Assembly (NCBI GenBank): GCA_044226015.1
Contig: JBGAHS010000008.1
Span: 416,001 to 480,000 of the forward strand
Direction of reading: 5' to 3'
From: Candidatus Obscuribacteraceae bacterium
GTDB taxonomy: Bacteria > Cyanobacteriota > Vampirovibrionia > Obscuribacterales > Obscuribacteraceae
Length of the DNA stretch: 64,000 nt
Made by a program: the position numbers and the translations under genes. Under the pieces are notes generated by a model that worked only from the letters and a program-made list of their open reading frames with translations, was not told the origin of the DNA and searched no databases. Within the stretch, counting starts at the first letter, position 1. Each line of letters opens with the position of its first letter. Shown here one piece after another: positions 17,901 through 29,011 of the stretch.

Positions 17901-20900
17901 ATGGACTTCAGTAAGATTTCCTCCTGGTCAATAAAAAATCCGGTACCAACAATATTACTGTTCTTGCTTTTGACCTTCGCAGGAATAGTTGCTTTTCCAA
18001 GGCTTGGCATTGATGAGCAGCCAAACATCGACATTCCGACAGTTTCTATCTCGGCAACAGAGCCAGGGGCGGCGCCATCAGAATTAGAAACTGAGGTTAC
18101 TCGCAAGATTGAAGATACAATTTCCGGCATTCCAAATATCAAACATATAAGCTCTGCTGTAAACGAGGGCGTGTCCAATACCACAGTCGAGTTCGAGTTA
18201 GGCACTGATATCGATCGCGCAGTCAACGATGTGAGAAACAATGTATCCAAAATTAGGACGCAGCTGCCAGATGGCGTCGACGAGCCAATTGTCTCACGAG
18301 TAGACTTCGCAGGTGGAGCATTTGCAACATATACAATTTCTTCTCCAACACGCAGCGTTGAAGAACTTAGCTGGTTCGTTGACAACGACATTACCAAGGC
18401 ACTTTTAGCACAAAGCGGTGTTGGTCAGGTGCAACGCTCGGGCGGTGTCGACAGAGAAATGAGAGTAAACCTCGACCCAGCCAGGTTAGATGCACTGGGT
18501 GTTACAGCAGATCATATCTCCTCGCAGCTCAAGCAGATGAACATCAACATGCCTGGTGGGCGTGGCACGCTAGGTCAGCAGGAACAATCCATTAGAACAT
18601 TAGGTAGCGCAAGTAGCGCAGATGACCTGAGGCAGATGCAGATCGCTCTTCAAAATGGTGGCTTTGCTCAATTAAGCAGCCTTGGAACTGTCACAGATGG
18701 GTCATCGGAAAAACGTCAAAGTGCACTACTCAACAATAAACCCGTTGTCGCATTCTCAATTGTTAGAAGCACAGGCTCAAACATTGTCGATGTAGAGAAA
18801 CGTGTTGACGACGAGCTGGCGAACCTCAAGAAAACAATGCCCGTTGATATGCAGATTACAAAAATCAGAACCAACGCGCGCTTCGTAGAGGAGTCCTATC
18901 ACGCAGCAATGGAGCACCTCATAATTGGTGCAATCCTGGCAGTCGCAATAATTTGGATCTTCCTAAAGGACTGGCGAGCGGCACTAATTTCCGGAATTGC
19001 CATGCCACTATCTTTGATACCAACATTCCTCGTCATGAATATGGTTGGTTTCACGCTCAACAATATGACCCTGCTTGCGCTAGCACTCGTGGTAGGCATA
19101 CTGGTTGACGATGCCATTGTAGAAATAGAAAACATCGTGCGCCATCTGGGCATGGGGAAAAGACCTTTCAAAGCCGCACTTGACGCCGCCGATGAGATTG
19201 GATTAGCCGTTGTTGCAACCACCATGGCAATAGTGGTGGTGTTTCTTCCTGTTGCGTTTATGGGCGGAATTCCAGGTCAGTTCTTCAAATCCTTCGGACT
19301 GACAGTCGCCGCAAGCGTTCTCTTTTCACTTCTTGTCGCAAGAATGCTCACCCCACTCATAGCGGCTCACTTCATGAAAGCAGTGCCTCATGAGCCAAAA
19401 CCGGGTAGGTTTATAAAAGCTTATATGAGGATGTTGGATTGGGCTCTCAAGCACAAGAAGACAACAATTTACCTGGCAGTCGCATTTTTTGCGATCAGCG
19501 GCTTCTTGTTTGTAAAAATGCCAACCTCACTTGTCAATTCAGTCGACAGAGGCGAGTCAATCTTTACGGTCGAGCTTCCGCCCGGCGCTACCTTAAATGA
19601 AACTGAATCGGCAGTAAAGCAGGTTGGCTCAACACTAATGTCACGACCCGAAGTGAAGCTCGTTTATGCATCTATCGGCACCCCTTCAACAGGAAGTAAA
19701 GGCGCAAGCACCGCTGGTGATGTCAACAAAGCAAGCGTATATGCAGTACTCAAGCCGCGTGGAGAAAGGAAACTCTCACAGCAGAGCTTCGAAGCTGAGA
19801 TTCGAAAGCAACTCAAGTACATTCCGGGCACGCGCATCAGCATCGGGTCGAGCACAGGGTTAAGTGGCAAGCTGAAGATTCTACTGAGCAGCGACGATGC
19901 TGCTGCACTAAAATCCACATCGGATGGACTACTAAACAAGATGCGCCGCATGCCACAGCTAGCTGATGTAATCTCCAGCGCAGCTCTTACTCGTCCAGAG
20001 ATAATCGTCAAGCCCGACTTCACAAGAGCAGCTCAACAAGGCATCTCCGTCTATACCATCGCTCGCACGGCATCTGTAGCCACACTTGGTGACAATGACT
20101 CGGCTCTGCCAAAGTTCAGTTTAAGCAGCCGACAAATCAATATGAGAGTGCAGCTTGATCCAAAATATAGAGAAGACCTGGATACGATTCGCAATTTGCG
20201 AGTACAAGGTCTAAACGGTTTAGTTCCACTCGGTACTGTGGCAACCGTTGAATTTGGCGCGGGTCCAAACCAAATTGATCGATACGACAGAACGCGGCAA
20301 GTTTCCATTGATGCCAGCTTGAAACCCGGGGTAACTCTTGGTCAGGCACTCGCTGCGATTCATGCCTTACCCGAGTTCCAGAACATGCCGGCGTCGGTCA
20401 AAGAAACTCCGTCTGGTGATGCAGAGATTCAGAGAGATGTATTTAGTGGTTTCGGTATAGCAATGATGTGGGCAGTTTTGCTTATTTACGCCGTATTGAC
20501 CTTACTTTTTGCAGGATTCCTGCATCCACTAACAATCATGGTAGCCATGCCTCTCTCGCTCGGTGGAGCTGTATTAGGATTGATCATTGGTCATCAGTCG
20601 CTAGGCATGTACGCGCTGATTGGTATCATCATGCTAATGGGAATAGTCACAAAGAACTCGATTTTGTTGGTCGAATACTGCATCATGGCTCAAGCTCGAG
20701 GAACCAGCCAAAAGCAAGCAATCATTGAATCAGCAAGCTCAAGAGTTCGACCGATTCTCATGACCACGGGTGCAATGGTGGCCGGAATGGCACCCATTGC
20801 ACTAGGTATTGGAGCTGGCGCCGAATCTCGTGCCCCGATGGCGATTGCTGTGATTGGTGGATTAGTAACTTCAACGCTTCTGACACTGGTTGTAGTACCA

Positions 20901-21026
20901 GTCGTTTACAGCTTGATAGACGAACTGCAAACAAAATGGTCACGCGCCCAAATTCAACATGCGGAGGAAATCGGCGCTCTGGAACTTGACATGACTGATA
21001 CCTACGCGTCTACAAATCAGAAATGA
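17901..21026 (+). CDS. AcrB/AcrD/AcrF-family RND efflux permease
   Basis: ISSWSIKNPVP, GILVDDAIVEIENI, GIVTKNSILLVE and RVRPILMTT; 1041 aa. Confidence 0.97.
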   Translation: MDFSKISSWSIKNPVPTILLFLLLTFAGIVAFPRLGIDEQPNIDIPTVSISATEPGAAPSELETEVTRKIEDTISGIPNIKHISSAVNEGVSNTTVEFELGTDIDRAVNDVRNNVSKIRTQLPDGVDEPIVSRVDFAGGAFATYTISSPTRSVEELSWFVDNDITKALLAQSGVGQVQRSGGVDREMRVNLDPARLDALGVTADHISSQLKQMNINMPGGRGTLGQQEQSIRTLGSASSADDLRQMQIALQNGGFAQLSSLGTVTDGSSEKRQSALLNNKPVVAFSIVRSTGSNIVDVEKRVDDELANLKKTMPVDMQITKIRTNARFVEESYHAAMEHLIIGAILAVAIIWIFLKDWRAALISGIAMPLSLIPTFLVMNMVGFTLNNMTLLALALVVGILVDDAIVEIENIVRHLGMGKRPFKAALDAADEIGLAVVATTMAIVVVFLPVAFMGGIPGQFFKSFGLTVAASVLFSLLVARMLTPLIAAHFMKAVPHEPKPGRFIKAYMRMLDWALKHKKTTIYLAVAFFAISGFLFVKMPTSLVNSVDRGESIFTVELPPGATLNETESAVKQVGSTLMSRPEVKLVYASIGTPSTGSKGASTAGDVNKASVYAVLKPRGERKLSQQSFEAEIRKQLKYIPGTRISIGSSTGLSGKLKILLSSDDAAALKSTSDGLLNKMRRMPQLADVISSAALTRPEIIVKPDFTRAAQQGISVYTIARTASVATLGDNDSALPKFSLSSRQINMRVQLDPKYREDLDTIRNLRVQGLNGLVPLGTVATVEFGAGPNQIDRYDRTRQVSIDASLKPGVTLGQALAAIHALPEFQNMPASVKETPSGDAEIQRDVFSGFGIAMMWAVLLIYAVLTLLFAGFLHPLTIMVAMPLSLGGAVLGLIIGHQSLGMYALIGIIMLMGIVTKNSILLVEYCIMAQARGTSQKQAIIESASSRVRPILMTTGAMVAGMAPIALGIGAGAESRAPMAIAVIGGLVTSTLLTLVVVPVVYSLIDELQTKWSRAQIQHAEEIGALELDMTDTYASTNQK

Positions 21027-21071
21027 ATAACGAATCACATTCACGAATAAAGTGTTTAACACTGAAGTGGA

Positions 21072-21398
21072 TTAGCGCTTTTTCTCTTCTTCGCTAGCAT
21101 GTTCTATCGCTTTAGCTAGTAATTCATCCATCGTTAGCCCAAAGCCCCTCGCAATCAAATACAAAATACCTACACTCAAGTTACGCTTTGCATGCTCAAC
21201 TTCAGAAATGTATGTGCGATGTACTCCACATTTTTTCGAAAGATCTTCTTGCGATAGATTATTTGAAACCCGCAAAAACTCAATGTACTTTCCTAAAACC
21301 AAAAGCAAATTCGGAAACTCCGTCTCGTTCAACCGAGCTTGAAGGTTCTTATCGGAAAGAGAATCGGGTTTCAAGTTTTCGGAATTCACTGTTCTCAC
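21072..21398 (-). CDS. XRE-family HTH regulator (controller/C-protein-like)
   Basis: LSQEDLSKKCGVHRTYISEVEHAKRNLSVGILYLIARGF. Start codon uncertain. Confidence 0.88.
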   Translation of the reverse strand: MRTVNSENLKPDSLSDKNLQARLNETEFPNLLLVLGKYIEFLRVSNNLSQEDLSKKCGVHRTYISEVEHAKRNLSVGILYLIARGFGLTMDELLAKAIEHASEEEKKR

Positions 21399-21639
21399 CT
21401 CCCCTGGGTAAATGGTAACTCTTAGGGTGGCATCCGCAATGTCACAGTTGCATGATTTAATGTTTTGATTTCGCTGCGTACGAGTTAACTCATCATCGTG
21501 AATCCTTATACACGAACGGTTCGCAAGAATTCAACAATAAATTCCCAGCAAAATATTTTTCAAATTCTGAACAAAATTGCAAAATAGATAACTCTAAATA
21601 ACTCTTGTAAGGCGCATCGTTAGCAAGAAGGAAACTCAG

Positions 21640-22636
21640 CAGAAGATGCAACTTTCACTTCTAGGAGTGTTTTTTTTGTAGCCTTTCCTCTCGTCAGAGT
21701 TCAACACAAAGCTCCCAAATACATTATCTGACAAGGCTTTCCGTGGTCGCATTCTGCGAAGAAGAGCAACAAAAGAAAGACAATTTTTCTGCCAATGACA
21801 GTTTCTTAGTGGTTTGGATCTAACGCGAGAAAGCTTCAAATCAGGATGTAGCCTATCGTAACGAAGGACTTCAACACCTCGACTCAGTTATCACCAGCGA
21901 GACTATAAGTCACCATCTGTGGTTGCATCAATTCGCCAATGAATTTGCTCAACTAAAAAAGGAAAAAGCCTGTAGTCCATCGTAACGACAGGAATGTCGG
22001 CGACAAGCATTTTGACCAAACCGATCAGAATCGGGCAAAATTATCGACGACATTTTGACGACGCTTCTAAAAAAGTTCCGTACCAACTAACAAAGAAGCT
22101 GTCGACTATCTCAACAAAATGGGCGACAGCCTAAACAGAATTTCAAAAAAAGCGAATTGTCGACGATCTCAACGACTCAAGAAAGGATCCGAAAGCCGAC
22201 TTCATCCCCAACGTTTTTCAAAACCACTAACTTGATCTATCTACCAGCTTCAGAATTTGTTCTTCCAATGAAACTTGATCCATCTACCAACCTTCCCATT
22301 TGTTCTTCGAAGGTATACTCGAATACCAAACCTCTACGAAAAATGGGTTCCCCTTAGCACCATCCGTAGCACTACCAGTGCATATTAATCAGCGGTTGGT
22401 ACAACAGAATGGACGACTTAAAGCTGGTACACAAGAGCATTTCGCGCAGAAGAAACCGAAACAGAATTCGACAGCTAGACAGAATTAGTATCACTTCAAC
22501 GAACAAATGCTTCGAATATAATTCCACAAGAAAAGAAAAGGAAAGAAGCAAAGAAAGAAGCAAAGAAAGACAGCAGCATGAAAGCATCACAAACGAACTT
22601 GCTCGATTTTGGATCCGCTCCTTTTATTTGCGGTAA
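21640..22636 (+). pseudogene. Possible decayed gene remnant(s)
   Basis: About 1 kb with no long ORF. Protein-like fragments in shifting + frames are broken by single stops and A/T homopolymers (e.g. ..VVWI*REKASNQDVAYRNEGLQHLDSVITSETISHHLWLHQFANEFAQLKKEK..). Confidence 0.35.
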
Positions 22637-22655
22637 TTTGGCACCGAATGAACCA

Positions 22656-23342
22656 CTAAATCTTGTGACACTCAAGGGTGCGAGCCAACTCCGCTAAAAC
22701 GCGCTCGGCTTCAAAAGGCTTGACCTCTTTGCCCCGCAACACGTGTTGTTGCAGGCAGTAATGGACCACAGAACCCATAAACACTCTAGAGAATGCTTCG
22801 GGATCCAAAATCTTGTATTCCTTTTGTTTTCGCAAAATCGTTGCCACGAGTTCCAGCCCAGGACCAATTGTTGTTTCGTTGAGCATTATAGAAAGCTCGG
22901 GAAACCGCCCCGCTTCTCCGATGACCATTCGAAAAAAATTCAGATACCTTGGCTCAGCAAACTGCTGCATGATAGTCCGCCCAATATTCAAAAGTGCCTC
23001 TTTTGCTGGAAGATTGCCGTGCTCAAAGCCATCGGCAGATACGCGAACCAAATCGATTGTGCGCGACTGAAAGACCTGCTTAAACAGTGTTTCCTTATCC
23101 TTATAATGCGAATAGATAGTTTGCTTGGTTACTCCAGCCCTTGCTGCTACAGCATTCATACTTGCGCCCACGTAACCACTCTCGACAAAACAGTCGAGTG
23201 CAGCTTCCGCAATTTGCCATCTTTTCTCCAGAGAAGAATTCGAAAGGCTATTTACTGCAGCTTCATCAGTGAATTTTCTTAGCTGCCGCTTAGCTGGCTT
23301 TTTAGTTTGTGATTTTGCGGCTGGGCGAGATCTCTTTTGCAT
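22656..23342 (-). CDS. TetR/AcrR-family regulator
   Basis: IAEAALDCFVESGYVGASMNAVAARAGVTKQTIYSHYKDKETLF and RMVIGEAGRFPEL. Confidence 0.95.
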   Translation of the reverse strand: MQKRSRPAAKSQTKKPAKRQLRKFTDEAAVNSLSNSSLEKRWQIAEAALDCFVESGYVGASMNAVAARAGVTKQTIYSHYKDKETLFKQVFQSRTIDLVRVSADGFEHGNLPAKEALLNIGRTIMQQFAEPRYLNFFRMVIGEAGRFPELSIMLNETTIGPGLELVATILRKQKEYKILDPEAFSRVFMGSVVHYCLQQHVLRGKEVKPFEAERVLAELARTLECHKI

Positions 23343-23353
23343 CACAATATGCT

Positions 23354-23373
23354 ATCATACCGATCGGTATGAT
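23354..23373. promoter_or_regulatory. Perfect 20-bp palindrome, probable TetR operator
   Basis: ATCATACCGA|TCGGTATGAT, 11 nt upstream of the TetR ATG in the divergent intergenic region. Confidence 0.85.
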
Positions 23374-23475
23374 GACTAGAGAGTGAACAGCACTGAATAA
23401 TTGCGGACTTTTTTTGGAAACGGCGTCCACTTAGAAACTGCAACGTGTTTTTGGCAAGGAATTTGGTCAAATAAA

Positions 23476-24789
23476 ATGCAATCCCAGACGACGCAGCAAA
23501 ACGATCCTGCAAAAGAGCAAAAGAAAGGGCACGCAATTCCAAAATTTGTTTTGCCAGTTGTTCTTATCGTAATCGTGGCTTTTCTTGCATTCACCCTAAT
23601 TCCAAAATTATTCAAGCCTTCTGAGAATAAGCCCGGTTGCGTGCGAGTGAGCGGGCGAATTGAAGGCTATGAAACAAACATCGGAGCAAAAATTCCTGGC
23701 AGGGTTGAAATCATCACAAAGCGCGAAGGCGACGAGGTCCAGAAAAACGAGGACATCGTAAAGCTGAGTGATGATGATATTCAGGCACAACTGCGCGGTG
23801 CAAAGGCGAAAGAAGAACAAGCACAGCAGCAAATCAATGAGTCTGAAGAGCAGCTTGAAGTAGCAAAAGAGCAAGTAAAGCAATCAGCTCTCAACATAAG
23901 ACAAGCGCAGGAAGATGCAAAAGGACGAATTGAACAAGCGGTGGCAAACGTTGCAACCCAGGAAGCGCAACTTGAGCAAGCCCATTCAGAAGAGATTCAA
24001 GCCAAAGCTGATCTGGACCTTGCCGCGATTCGCATCAAAAGATATGACGATCTCGTAGTAAAAGGTGCCGTAACACAAGACGAAGATGATCAAGCGCACA
24101 GCACCTACAAAAGTGCTGTAGCTGCGGTAGAAGCGCGTAAAGCGAATGTCATCGCAGCGCAAAAGCAGGTTGAAGCAGCCAGGGCAGCAGTAGTTCTGGC
24201 GCGGAGCAATGCGCTAAATCCGCCAATTAGACGAAGCCAACAGTCGGCCAACGTTCGAACAGTTGCGCAGAATGAAGCAGCTCTGGAAAAAGCCAAACTA
24301 GAAGTCAAAAATGCCCGAGCATCCATTGACGAAATCGAAGCCAACATCGCCTACCTTAATATAAAGAGTCCGATACACGGCATCGTTACAGCCCGAACCG
24401 TCGAGCCAGGCGCAGTCGTGACTGCCGGGCAAACTGTGCTTTCGTTGATTGACTTGAACGATGTGTTTTTACGCGCATACGTACCTGACAGCGAGATAGG
24501 AAAGGTTCGAATCAACCAGAAAGCTGACATATTCTATGACTCAGCGCCAAACAAAGCCATTAGCGGAACCATCACCCAAATTGACCCCAAAGCGAGCTTC
24601 ACACCAGAGAACATCTACTTCCGTGACGACAGAGTCAAGCAAGTATTTGGTATCAAGATCAAAATAGACAATCCTGAGTATTATGCAAAACCAGGAATGC
24701 CAGCTGATGCAGACATTCATGTCTCTGACGATGTTGCGAGAAACAACAACGAGAATTCAAATTCGCAAGTTTTTTCGAAGCAACGGTAG
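23476..24789 (+). CDS. HlyD/YbhG-like ABC efflux periplasmic adaptor
   Basis: N-terminal TM, VSGRIEG, IKSPIHGIV, ASFTPENI..DRVKQVFGIKI and KPGMPADA. Confidence 0.93.
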   Translation: MQSQTTQQNDPAKEQKKGHAIPKFVLPVVLIVIVAFLAFTLIPKLFKPSENKPGCVRVSGRIEGYETNIGAKIPGRVEIITKREGDEVQKNEDIVKLSDDDIQAQLRGAKAKEEQAQQQINESEEQLEVAKEQVKQSALNIRQAQEDAKGRIEQAVANVATQEAQLEQAHSEEIQAKADLDLAAIRIKRYDDLVVKGAVTQDEDDQAHSTYKSAVAAVEARKANVIAAQKQVEAARAAVVLARSNALNPPIRRSQQSANVRTVAQNEAALEKAKLEVKNARASIDEIEANIAYLNIKSPIHGIVTARTVEPGAVVTAGQTVLSLIDLNDVFLRAYVPDSEIGKVRINQKADIFYDSAPNKAISGTITQIDPKASFTPENIYFRDDRVKQVFGIKIKIDNPEYYAKPGMPADADIHVSDDVARNNNENSNSQVFSKQR

Positions 24790-24794
24790 TTTGT

Positions 24795-26765
24795 ATGAAT
24801 ACTTCTGGGCAAACAAAAGAGACCGCCGACAGACTCAACCCGGTGATCAAAGTACATAATTTCGTAAAGCGCTACGATGACTTTGTCGCGGTTGACAAAA
24901 TCAGTTTTGAAATCAAAGAAGGTGAAATCTTCGGACTGATCGGACCCGACGGCGCAGGCAAAACCAGCACATTTCATGTGATGGGCGGTGTTATGGATGC
25001 CACCGAAGGCGATATCAGCATTCTTGGACAAACGCCCCGACTGGCAAGGAAACAAATCGGCTATTTGACTCAGCAATTTTCATTGCATCTGGATTTGAGT
25101 TTAGAAGAAAACCTCAAATACTCTGCTGGTATACGAGAGGTATCAGAAGACCAATACAGAAAACGAAGCGAATACTATCTGAAGCTGATGGATTTGTATC
25201 GATTCAAAACACGCCTTGCTGGTCAACTTTCTGGCGGTATGAAACAGAAGCTGGCATTGTGCTGCGCGCTCGTTTCAGCACCAAAGATTCTTCTTCTGGA
25301 TGAGCCTACAACTGGCGTCGACCCGGTATCTCGCAGGGAATTTTGGGATGTACTGGCGGCAGTAGCAAATGAAGGTGTTACTACTGCGGTTGCCACTCCC
25401 TATTTGGATGAAGCAGAACGCTGCAACAGAGTTGCGCTGATTAACAAAGGCAAAATTGCAGAGATTGGCAGCCCTCGAGAACTAATTGCCAATTTGGGAA
25501 TGGAGCGACTTGAGATTCATTCAGACAAGCTTGATGAGCTGGAAAGAACTCTGCGAGAACTTGCACATCATAATGGTGAATTGATTGCGGACATTCAGGA
25601 ATTCGGTGACAGGCTTGATGTCTTGAGTCCAATGGCAGAGAAGGCCGTCGAGGCTATCAGGCAAAACGTGCAGGATAATAGTCTTCGCATACAGACATCT
25701 CACCCCAGCCTGGAGAATGTTTTTGTATCACACTTGCGTTCCGCCAGCAAAGAGAAAGAAGAAAAAACGGCGTTCACTTTCGAGAGAAAAAAGGAACTAG
25801 ACTCAAGCAAAACAGCGATTGGTGCAAAAAAAATCAGCATTCATTTTGGCACGTTTAAGGCAGTGAAGTCTGTGTCCCTTGATATTAAATATGGTGAGAT
25901 CTACGGACTTCTTGGTGCAAATGGTGCCGGAAAAACTACTACCATAAAAATGCTCTGCGGGCTGCTGACACCATCACAGGGTGAGATGATTCTCGCGGGA
26001 GAAAAAAGCGATCTGCGCAAATCGTCGCTTCGTCGACGCATCGGTTACATGAGCCAAAAATTCACTCTATATGATGACCTCACCGTTGAAGAGAACCTCA
26101 AATTTTATTGCGGTGTTTATGGAGTACCTCACGAAAAGCGCACAGAGCGAATCAAATGGGTGCTTGAATCATGCGGTTTGGAAGGGCAAGAAAACCTCAT
26201 CACTAAGACCTTGCCTGGCGGGTGGAAACAACGGCTGTCTTTCGGTGCATGTGTCATGCACCAGCCAGAGATTCTCTTCCTGGATGAACCAACTTCAGGT
26301 GTAGACCCATTAGCGAGACGACAGCTCTGGCGACAGATTCGTGACTTTGCAAAACACGGAACCGCAGTTCTTGTAACGACACATTTTCTGGAAGAAGCCG
26401 AACATTGCCAGCGCATGGCGTTCATGGTCTCTGGCGAAATCGTTGCTGAAGGCAGCCCTTCTGAGATTAAGCAGAGCCAGCCAGGAAAACTCGTAGAGCT
26501 AGTTACAAACTACAATCAAAAAGCTGCGCAAGTTCTGCGCGAGAGAATGGAGTCGTGGAAAATTTCAATTTTTGCTGACAGCATTCACGTCAATGTCGCA
26601 AACGATAACGAACTCGAAGCAGTGAGATCACAATTACAAGCTGCAGGAATTGCTATTGAGTCCTCCCGTTCGATAGACTTCTCTCTAGAAGATTCCTTCA
26701 TCGGCATCGTCATGAGAGCAAGCCAGAAAGCAAGCCAGAAAGATAGCCTGGGGGCAGCGTCATGA
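24795..26765 (+). CDS. ABC transporter ATP-binding protein with two ATPase domains (YbhF-like)
   Basis: Walker A GPDGAGKT and GANGAGKT; LSGGMKQKL and LPGGWKQRL; two LDEPT motifs. Confidence 0.96.
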   Translation: MNTSGQTKETADRLNPVIKVHNFVKRYDDFVAVDKISFEIKEGEIFGLIGPDGAGKTSTFHVMGGVMDATEGDISILGQTPRLARKQIGYLTQQFSLHLDLSLEENLKYSAGIREVSEDQYRKRSEYYLKLMDLYRFKTRLAGQLSGGMKQKLALCCALVSAPKILLLDEPTTGVDPVSRREFWDVLAAVANEGVTTAVATPYLDEAERCNRVALINKGKIAEIGSPRELIANLGMERLEIHSDKLDELERTLRELAHHNGELIADIQEFGDRLDVLSPMAEKAVEAIRQNVQDNSLRIQTSHPSLENVFVSHLRSASKEKEEKTAFTFERKKELDSSKTAIGAKKISIHFGTFKAVKSVSLDIKYGEIYGLLGANGAGKTTTIKMLCGLLTPSQGEMILAGEKSDLRKSSLRRRIGYMSQKFTLYDDLTVEENLKFYCGVYGVPHEKRTERIKWVLESCGLEGQENLITKTLPGGWKQRLSFGACVMHQPEILFLDEPTSGVDPLARRQLWRQIRDFAKHGTAVLVTTHFLEEAEHCQRMAFMVSGEIVAEGSPSEIKQSQPGKLVELVTNYNQKAAQVLRERMESWKISIFADSIHVNVANDNELEAVRSQLQAAGIAIESSRSIDFSLEDSFIGIVMRASQKASQKDSLGAAS

Positions 26766-27868
26766 AGAAGATCTTGGCGCAGTGCAAAAAGGAGTTAGCT
26801 CAGTTTGTACGAGACAGGCTGACAGTGGCACTTGCATTTGTTCTGCCAAGCTTATCGCTTTTCCTCTTCGGATTTGGCGTCAGACTTGAAATTCAAGATG
26901 TGCCACTGGTCGTGCAAAATTTCGACAACGGATATTTAAGCGCAGATTTGATTGATCGAATATATCGAAACGCACAGTTCATAGCTCACGATTGGAGTGG
27001 CTCAGAACCCTGGACAGGTGCCTTGGACAGAGGTTACGCAAAAGCCGCCATAATAATTCCACCAGATTTTTCACGCCGATTGGAAAACAAAACAGGTGCA
27101 CGCTTTCAGGTTTTCATTGACGCTACAGACGTAAATAACGCTCGAGTAATTAAGAACAGCATTATAGGAACCACCCGCGGTTTCATGCAAGCAAATCACC
27201 TCATTCCCTCCAAAGAGCCAATAAAAGGTGAAATCAGACTCTGGTTCAACCCGGGACGAAAAGAAAGTTTATACGTAGTACCTGGCGCAATTGGACTCTG
27301 CTTGTGGATCTTTCCATCATTGCTTGCAAGCCTGGCCATGGTTCGAGAAAAAGAGAGTGGCACGGTTTTGCAGGTATATGCATCGAGCATTACGGCTTTC
27401 GAACTCATCGCTGGCAAAGTCTGCGCTTACACCATAGTTGCATTAGCTGAGACCACAGTGCTGGATTTACTTTCAATAATATTCTTCCAGATAAAATTGT
27501 TAGGCGATCCAACACCATATCTGGTAGGCACTCTCTTCTTCGTAACAAGCGCTGTTTGTTTTGGTACCTTCGTCGGGACACGCACAAACTCGCAGAGTGC
27601 AGCGGTACAAGCTGTAGCAACCGGAGGCTTCACCACAGCTCTTTTGCTTTCAGGCTACCTCTATCCTATTCGTAATATTGTATATCCGCTTTCATACATT
27701 ACCGTGCTGGTTCCAAATCGCTGGTACATCGAGCTTTCCAGAAATGCGTTTATTCGAGGCGGAGATTGGTTCTACGATTGGGTCTTTGTACTTTTCTTGT
27801 TGATGGGTGCAACGTTCTTTTTTTCGCTTTCGGTAAAACTTATGAGCAGGATGCAACTAAAAGCATGA
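26762..27868 (+). CDS. ABC-2 type permease (YbhS-like)
   Basis: KKELAQFVRDR, WFNPG, MVREKESGT and LLSGYLYPI. ATGA-coupled. Confidence 0.93.
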   Translation: MKKILAQCKKELAQFVRDRLTVALAFVLPSLSLFLFGFGVRLEIQDVPLVVQNFDNGYLSADLIDRIYRNAQFIAHDWSGSEPWTGALDRGYAKAAIIIPPDFSRRLENKTGARFQVFIDATDVNNARVIKNSIIGTTRGFMQANHLIPSKEPIKGEIRLWFNPGRKESLYVVPGAIGLCLWIFPSLLASLAMVREKESGTVLQVYASSITAFELIAGKVCAYTIVALAETTVLDLLSIIFFQIKLLGDPTPYLVGTLFFVTSAVCFGTFVGTRTNSQSAAVQAVATGGFTTALLLSGYLYPIRNIVYPLSYITVLVPNRWYIELSRNAFIRGGDWFYDWVFVLFLLMGATFFFSLSVKLMSRMQLKA

Positions 27869-29007
27869 ACAGAGCATTCTCCTCAATTTTAGATTTTTTC
27901 GCCAATGAAAGACTCAGAGCATTGATTGCAAAAGAGACTATTCAAATTATGCGTGACCGACAACAGCTATTTATGCTTATATTTCCTCCAATTTTCCAAG
28001 TCTGCCTCTACGGAACAGCTCTCAGCCCCGACGTACAAGACCTGAGGCTGGCTGTGGATGACGAAAGTAAAACCTATCGCAGCCGCGAGCTGGTATCAGC
28101 AATGGTGGAGAATAGAGTCTTCAAAATAAGCAAAACCGTGGATGATCGAAAAAGTATTCTGGACAAACTTGAACACGGAAAGATTGACGCAGCGCTAATA
28201 ATTCCCCCCGACTTTGATCGCAAAATCATTCAAGGCACTGGTGCAACTGTCCAGGTTCTTCTAGACGCAGTAGATGCAAATACCGCGGGAATAGCATCAG
28301 GCTATTCCACTCAAATGATCTCTGAATTTGCAAAAACCTATCGACCAAACAAGAATTTGCCCCAGCCAGTGACACCCGACGCGACTTATGTGTACAACCC
28401 TGGACTGGTCTCCGCCTGGTTCTTCATTCCTGGAGTTTTGGGCTTAGTGCTGACTATTTCTGGAACCCTTGTCTCATCCATCACTCTAGTAAAAGAGAAA
28501 GACACAGGCACACTGGAACAACTCCTGATGACCCCCGCGGTCTCCATTGAGATTCTGACTGCCAAAGTGATACCACTCATGGTTATGTTGAATGGAACAG
28601 TTTTGATCGCCTTGACCCTGGGGCTTACTGCATTCCATCTGCCTTTCAGAGGCAACTTCCTAACCTATATGCTCGTGTCGAATGTATATATCTTTGTCGT
28701 GATATCTATTGGCATTATTCTTGCCACACTATCTCGCAATCAACGACAGGCAATTCTCACATCCTTCTTTTTCAACCTTCCGCTCATTCAGCTTTCAGGA
28801 AGCTTATCGCCTATTGAGAGCATGCCTCTGTTTTTCAAATATCTTAGTTATCTGAATCCATTGCGATACTACATTCAGTGCATAAGAAATATTCTACTGA
28901 AAGGCGTAGGACTTGATGTGATGTGGCGAGATGTGGCAGCTCTCGTTCTTTTTGCTTTCGTGTTCTTGACGTTTAGTGCCGCTCGATTTAGAAAACAACT
29001 GGGGTAA
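27865..29007 (+). CDS. ABC-2 type permease (YbhR-like)
   Basis: ATGA overlap at 27865; KETIQIMRDR, YNPGL, LVKEKDTGTLEQLLMTP, LSGSLSPIESMP and NPLRYY. Confidence 0.93.
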   Translation: MNRAFSSILDFFANERLRALIAKETIQIMRDRQQLFMLIFPPIFQVCLYGTALSPDVQDLRLAVDDESKTYRSRELVSAMVENRVFKISKTVDDRKSILDKLEHGKIDAALIIPPDFDRKIIQGTGATVQVLLDAVDANTAGIASGYSTQMISEFAKTYRPNKNLPQPVTPDATYVYNPGLVSAWFFIPGVLGLVLTISGTLVSSITLVKEKDTGTLEQLLMTPAVSIEILTAKVIPLMVMLNGTVLIALTLGLTAFHLPFRGNFLTYMLVSNVYIFVVISIGIILATLSRNQRQAILTSFFFNLPLIQLSGSLSPIESMPLFFKYLSYLNPLRYYIQCIRNILLKGVGLDVMWRDVAALVLFAFVFLTFSAARFRKQLG

Positions 29008-29011
29008 GGTC

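Noticed and set aside
22540..22570. AAAGAAGCAAAG short tandem duplication
   Set aside because: About two copies in low-complexity purine-rich decayed sequence; no evidence of function.
21072..22650. Prophage, IS element or intact restriction-modification system near the XRE gene
   Set aside because: No integrase, transposase, methylase or terminal repeats recognisable.
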